Assembly: GCA_013288885.1 (NCBI GenBank)
Contig: JABDBA010000001.1
Location: forward strand, 467,840 to 531,839
DNA length: 64,000 nucleotides
Source: Gammaproteobacteria bacterium
GTDB taxonomy: Bacteria > Pseudomonadota > Gammaproteobacteria > JABDBA01
Direction of reading: 5' to 3'
Each line of letters starts with the position of its first letter. Position 1 is the first letter of the stretch. Shown piece by piece: positions 61,468 through 64,000 of the stretch. Position numbers and translations under genes: made by a program. Under the pieces are notes generated by a model that did no database searches, was not told the DNA's origin, and worked only from the letters and a program-made list of their open reading frames with translations.

Positions 61468-61527
61468 AACGGTGCCACGTCTGGAATAAGGAATAACGTT
61501 ATTCCTTATTCCAGACGTGGCACCGTT
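61468..61527. repeat. 60-bp palindromic element, copy 5 (perfect)
   Basis: Perfect palindrome. It contains the stop and last 6 codons of the 61506-62642 gene. Confidence 0.95.
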
Positions 61528-62642
61528 ATTATTGAAGGTGTATCTGTAACCGATGCTGCTGGCTGAGGAGCTGCTCGAAAAAAATTATATCTATTTGTGG
61601 AGTAGGTATTGAATATAGGGTTTAATATATTTGCATAATTCTTCCAGTGTTCATTCTCATGAAACGGGACTAGCCAGAGCATGGATGGAGTATCTTTTTC
61701 TCCAACCTTTCCCACATTTTTTAAGTTAACAATATTATTAAATCCTTCATTGAGGTGTTTAATAATTTGTATTGCGTAACAATGGTTGAAAGAATCAGCA
61801 GGAGGTAAATAAGGTAGCAACAGTGTTAACGTAGTGAGGTTAAAATTCCAATCATCAAGTTGTTTTTTATATTGCAGCAATACTTGATCTACAGAGTGGG
61901 GTTTCTCTTCTCCAGAATTATTTGATGATGTAGGCACATCAGAATCATCTAAGCTTGTTTCTTCTTCTGTGTCATTATCATCGCCATCTTCAAATTCAGG
62001 AATATCTATATCGGTGCTATGTAGCCCTTGGGATGATGTAGGCTCATCTAGTTGAGCCAATATAGTTGCTACATCATTTGTAGTTTCATTATTGGGAGCA
62101 GGATCTGTTTGTTTTTGTTCCGGCGGCGCCATATCTTGTATAGAATATCCTTGCGCAGAATATACATTTTTGATGGTATCTACAACCGCATTTACCATTT
62201 GTTGACGTAAGTCACTATCTATTTCATCCTTTTTTAATAACGCAAACATTCCTTTTTCTTTGTCTTTCCTGTCAGAAAAAGATTTTATTTTTAATTTTTT
62301 TTTAAATTCTTTAGGGATTATTTTATTGAGGAGTGTAGGTAGTCGAGGGGGCTGCTTTTCTTTTTTTGAAGATGAGGATCTATTTGAGTTTTTGCATAAT
62401 CGAGCTGTTGCTACTTCTTTAAACGAGCCATACGCCTTTGCACGATACTTTTTAATAACAATCGCAGGTCGAAAACTATGATGAGATTTCACCCCTGCTA
62501 TAAAAATATCCCATCTCCATTTGCAGTGTTCTTTTTCTTTATCCGCTGCTTTTTTCATGAAAATAGATACTTTGCTTTCCTCTAATATTCCAGTGATGCG
62601 TTTTTCTTCGGGCGCTATTTTTTGACGTTTCTTGGGCGGCAT
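61506..62642 (-). CDS. Hypothetical effector-like protein (378 aa) ending in TVPRLE
   Basis: Basic N-terminus and an acidic central tract. The C-terminal TVPRLE plus stop is encoded by the palindrome. SD AGGAGAGAG. Confidence 0.7.
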   Translation of the reverse strand: MPPKKRQKIAPEEKRITGILEESKVSIFMKKAADKEKEHCKWRWDIFIAGVKSHHSFRPAIVIKKYRAKAYGSFKEVATARLCKNSNRSSSSKKEKQPPRLPTLLNKIIPKEFKKKLKIKSFSDRKDKEKGMFALLKKDEIDSDLRQQMVNAVVDTIKNVYSAQGYSIQDMAPPEQKQTDPAPNNETTNDVATILAQLDEPTSSQGLHSTDIDIPEFEDGDDNDTEEETSLDDSDVPTSSNNSGEEKPHSVDQVLLQYKKQLDDWNFNLTTLTLLLPYLPPADSFNHCYAIQIIKHLNEGFNNIVNLKNVGKVGEKDTPSMLWLVPFHENEHWKNYANILNPIFNTYSTNRYNFFRAAPQPAASVTDTPSIITVPRLE

Positions 62643-62681
62643 AACTCTCTCCTAATAGATTAAGATCATTTGTTAAGGGTA

Positions 62682-62702
62682 ATTGTACCAGATTAACCTT
62701 AA
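62682..62702 (-). promoter_or_regulatory. Possible PmrA half-site promoter: CTTAAGGTT...TACAAT
   Basis: The reverse complement gives TTAA-N11-TACAAT with the same proximal half-site CTTAAGGTT as at 19849 and 30767. The distal half-site is degenerate (AATA). It lies 40 nt upstream of the ATG. Confidence 0.3.
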
Positions 62703-62738
62703 GAAAGCCTATTCGGTAGCTCAGGATATGAACGGATG

Positions 62739-62798
62739 AACGGTGCCACGTCTGGAATAAGGAATAACGTTATTCCTTATTCCAGACGTGGCACCGTT
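62739..62798. repeat. 60-bp palindromic element, copy 6 (perfect) with duplicated 13-bp end
   Basis: Perfect palindrome. GGCACCGTTATTA (62790-62802) is repeated at 62809-62821. Confidence 0.95.
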
Positions 62799-62818
62799 AT
62801 TATATTATGGCACCGTTA

Positions 62819-63733
62819 TTATCTAAGTTGCGGGGGTTTTGTTTGAGTTGTCCAGTAGAATTCTTTGCCATGATCTTGATCCTGAGGGTCTAATCGGACT
62901 AAGGCGGCGGCCGCTTCTGCGCTTGGGTTATTGGGGTTTTTAAAAAAAGGCAGTGGTGAAAAACCCCCATGAAATTCGGTAAAACCTGCTTTTTTTGCTA
63001 CGGGTTTTAAAATAGGAGGGGTTAAAAAATTCATCAATGCGGGTAACCGTTTTCCTACTTCAGGGTTGTGCAGTGTTACTAATTCTCCAAAGTTATTTAT
63101 CTCACCAGGAAATGGTTTCCCTTGTTTTTCGTTTTCTTCAATACTTGCGAGAATACCCGTTTCTTTGTTTAGCTTTGTAAATGGCGAATTGCCAGAAGAA
63201 AATAATTTTCCGCGCGGAGTCAGCCAGGTAAAATATTTTTTATAAAGCGCCCCAATTTGTGCGCCAGTAGAAAAATGTAAGAGGTTACGTTCGCATATAT
63301 ATTCAAAAAACTGGGGTGGAAATTCAGTTTCATGGATATTACCTTGTTGCGGAATGAAATTGCGACATTTATCTTCCGGCATATTTTCTGCGAGTGTTTG
63401 GGTAATATCGTCTAGATGTTTTTGGTGCAGTTCAACCGTATGTACAATTGGTGGAGTATCTGAAAAGGCAAAAATTCTAAAAATCATGCATCCTTGCCCG
63501 GCAGCTACATAAAGAACGCGGGCATTAGCATTATTAATAATCGCACTCAAAAATGCGTAATCTGCTGGCGTGGAAGGAGGTTGGCTCCAGCCCATTTTAT
63601 TGGCGGTGGTCATCCAATCTTGTGCGTTCGGATTCCAGCTGTTTTTCGATTTCAGTTTTGAGAACGGGCGATATGAAAACTTCGCCGTCATCATCACTCT
63701 AGCTAAATTCTTGATTGTATTTGGCATTGACAT
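62819..63733 (-). CDS. Hypothetical protein (304 aa), possibly methyltransferase-like
   Basis: ORF only. The weak Gly-rich stretch LYVAAGQGCMIF is not decisive. The stop lies in the duplicated palindrome end. Confidence 0.5.
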   Translation of the reverse strand: MSMPNTIKNLARVMMTAKFSYRPFSKLKSKNSWNPNAQDWMTTANKMGWSQPPSTPADYAFLSAIINNANARVLYVAAGQGCMIFRIFAFSDTPPIVHTVELHQKHLDDITQTLAENMPEDKCRNFIPQQGNIHETEFPPQFFEYICERNLLHFSTGAQIGALYKKYFTWLTPRGKLFSSGNSPFTKLNKETGILASIEENEKQGKPFPGEINNFGELVTLHNPEVGKRLPALMNFLTPPILKPVAKKAGFTEFHGGFSPLPFFKNPNNPSAEAAAALVRLDPQDQDHGKEFYWTTQTKPPQLR

Positions 63734-63939
63734 TGATAGCCCCTCTTAAAATTGCAGCATGGTAGCATAATTAAAAGGTTAACGAAATACATTAATGAGA
63801 GTAGCAGCGTTATCTAGCCGTTATTACCAAGCTTAACATTGACAAGAACGCCAAAATTTATTTATACTTAACTTTTTTAAATTCCCCCCGATGCAAGCCG
63901 TTCTTTGCGTGATGATCATTTTATTAATTGGAGAGAAAT

Positions 63940-64000
63940 ATGCTAAGCGAAAAAGATCCATTAGGTGAATCAAACAAAATAGTTACCAAAGCAATGGCGG
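63940..64000 (+). CDS. 5' end of an unidentified ORF (runs off the window)
   Basis: GGAGAGAAAT then ATG, open to the end of the window (MLSEKDPLGESNKIVTKAMA). Confidence 0.3.
   Translation, partial: MLSEKDPLGESNKIVTKAMA

Noticed and set aside
49082-62821. Repeated 60-bp elements considered as a CRISPR array.
   Set aside because: The copies are 0.6-5.5 kb apart and separated by full genes. Each is a perfect palindrome far longer than CRISPR repeats, and no cas genes are present.
49082-62821. Palindromes considered as integron attC sites (ends AAC...GTT, size near 60 bp, cassette-like spacing).
   Set aside because: They are perfect palindromes without the extrahelical bases that give attC its strand selectivity. 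The flanks do not fit RYYYAAC/GTTRRRY. The cassettes have mixed orientation, contain up to three genes with their own promoters, and no intI/attI lies in the window. The idea is kept only as a low-probability alternative.

Overview
This is a gammaproteobacterial chromosome segment in which conserved housekeeping genes alternate with visibly more AT-rich accessory genes. Housekeeping genes recognised: nrdA (5' part), xthA, pncC, mutS, pssA, an APC permease, sdaA, icd, clpA, infA, rpoD and one tRNA(CAU). A Legionellales-like intracellular lifestyle is inferred, not proven. The grounds are PmrA-type TTAA-N7-TTAA promoter boxes, ankyrin, OTU and coiled-coil eukaryote-like ORFs, and E-rich C-termini. 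No dot/icm gene lies in the window. Main accessory blocks: (1) a Bro-N cassette at 3-5 kb flanked by twin hairpins. (2) An effector-like ORF coupled to mutS, a palindromic in-frame insertion inside mutS, and an ankyrin protein built from 90-bp tandem units. (3) MazEF-like and HEPN/MNT toxin-antitoxin modules. (4) At 19.9-30.7 kb, three giant ORFs, two of which share a ~135-aa module (1 + 3 copies). (5) At 30.9-40.6 kb, a compact type IVb-pilus-like cluster of 8 genes ending in a PilP-like/SPOR fusion that overlaps the icd start. (6) Downstream of the tRNA (46.7-64 kb), an island with an AbiL-like ATPase/RloB pair, VapC/Phd, a chimeric ParE remnant, two LuxR paralogues and an LVIVD-TM-ankyrin-OTU protein. 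This island also carries six copies of a 60-bp perfect palindrome, each sitting at a gene 3' end. In two genes on opposite strands the palindrome supplies the C-terminal residues TVPRLE plus the stop codon. No rRNA, CRISPR array, transposase or integrase was seen.
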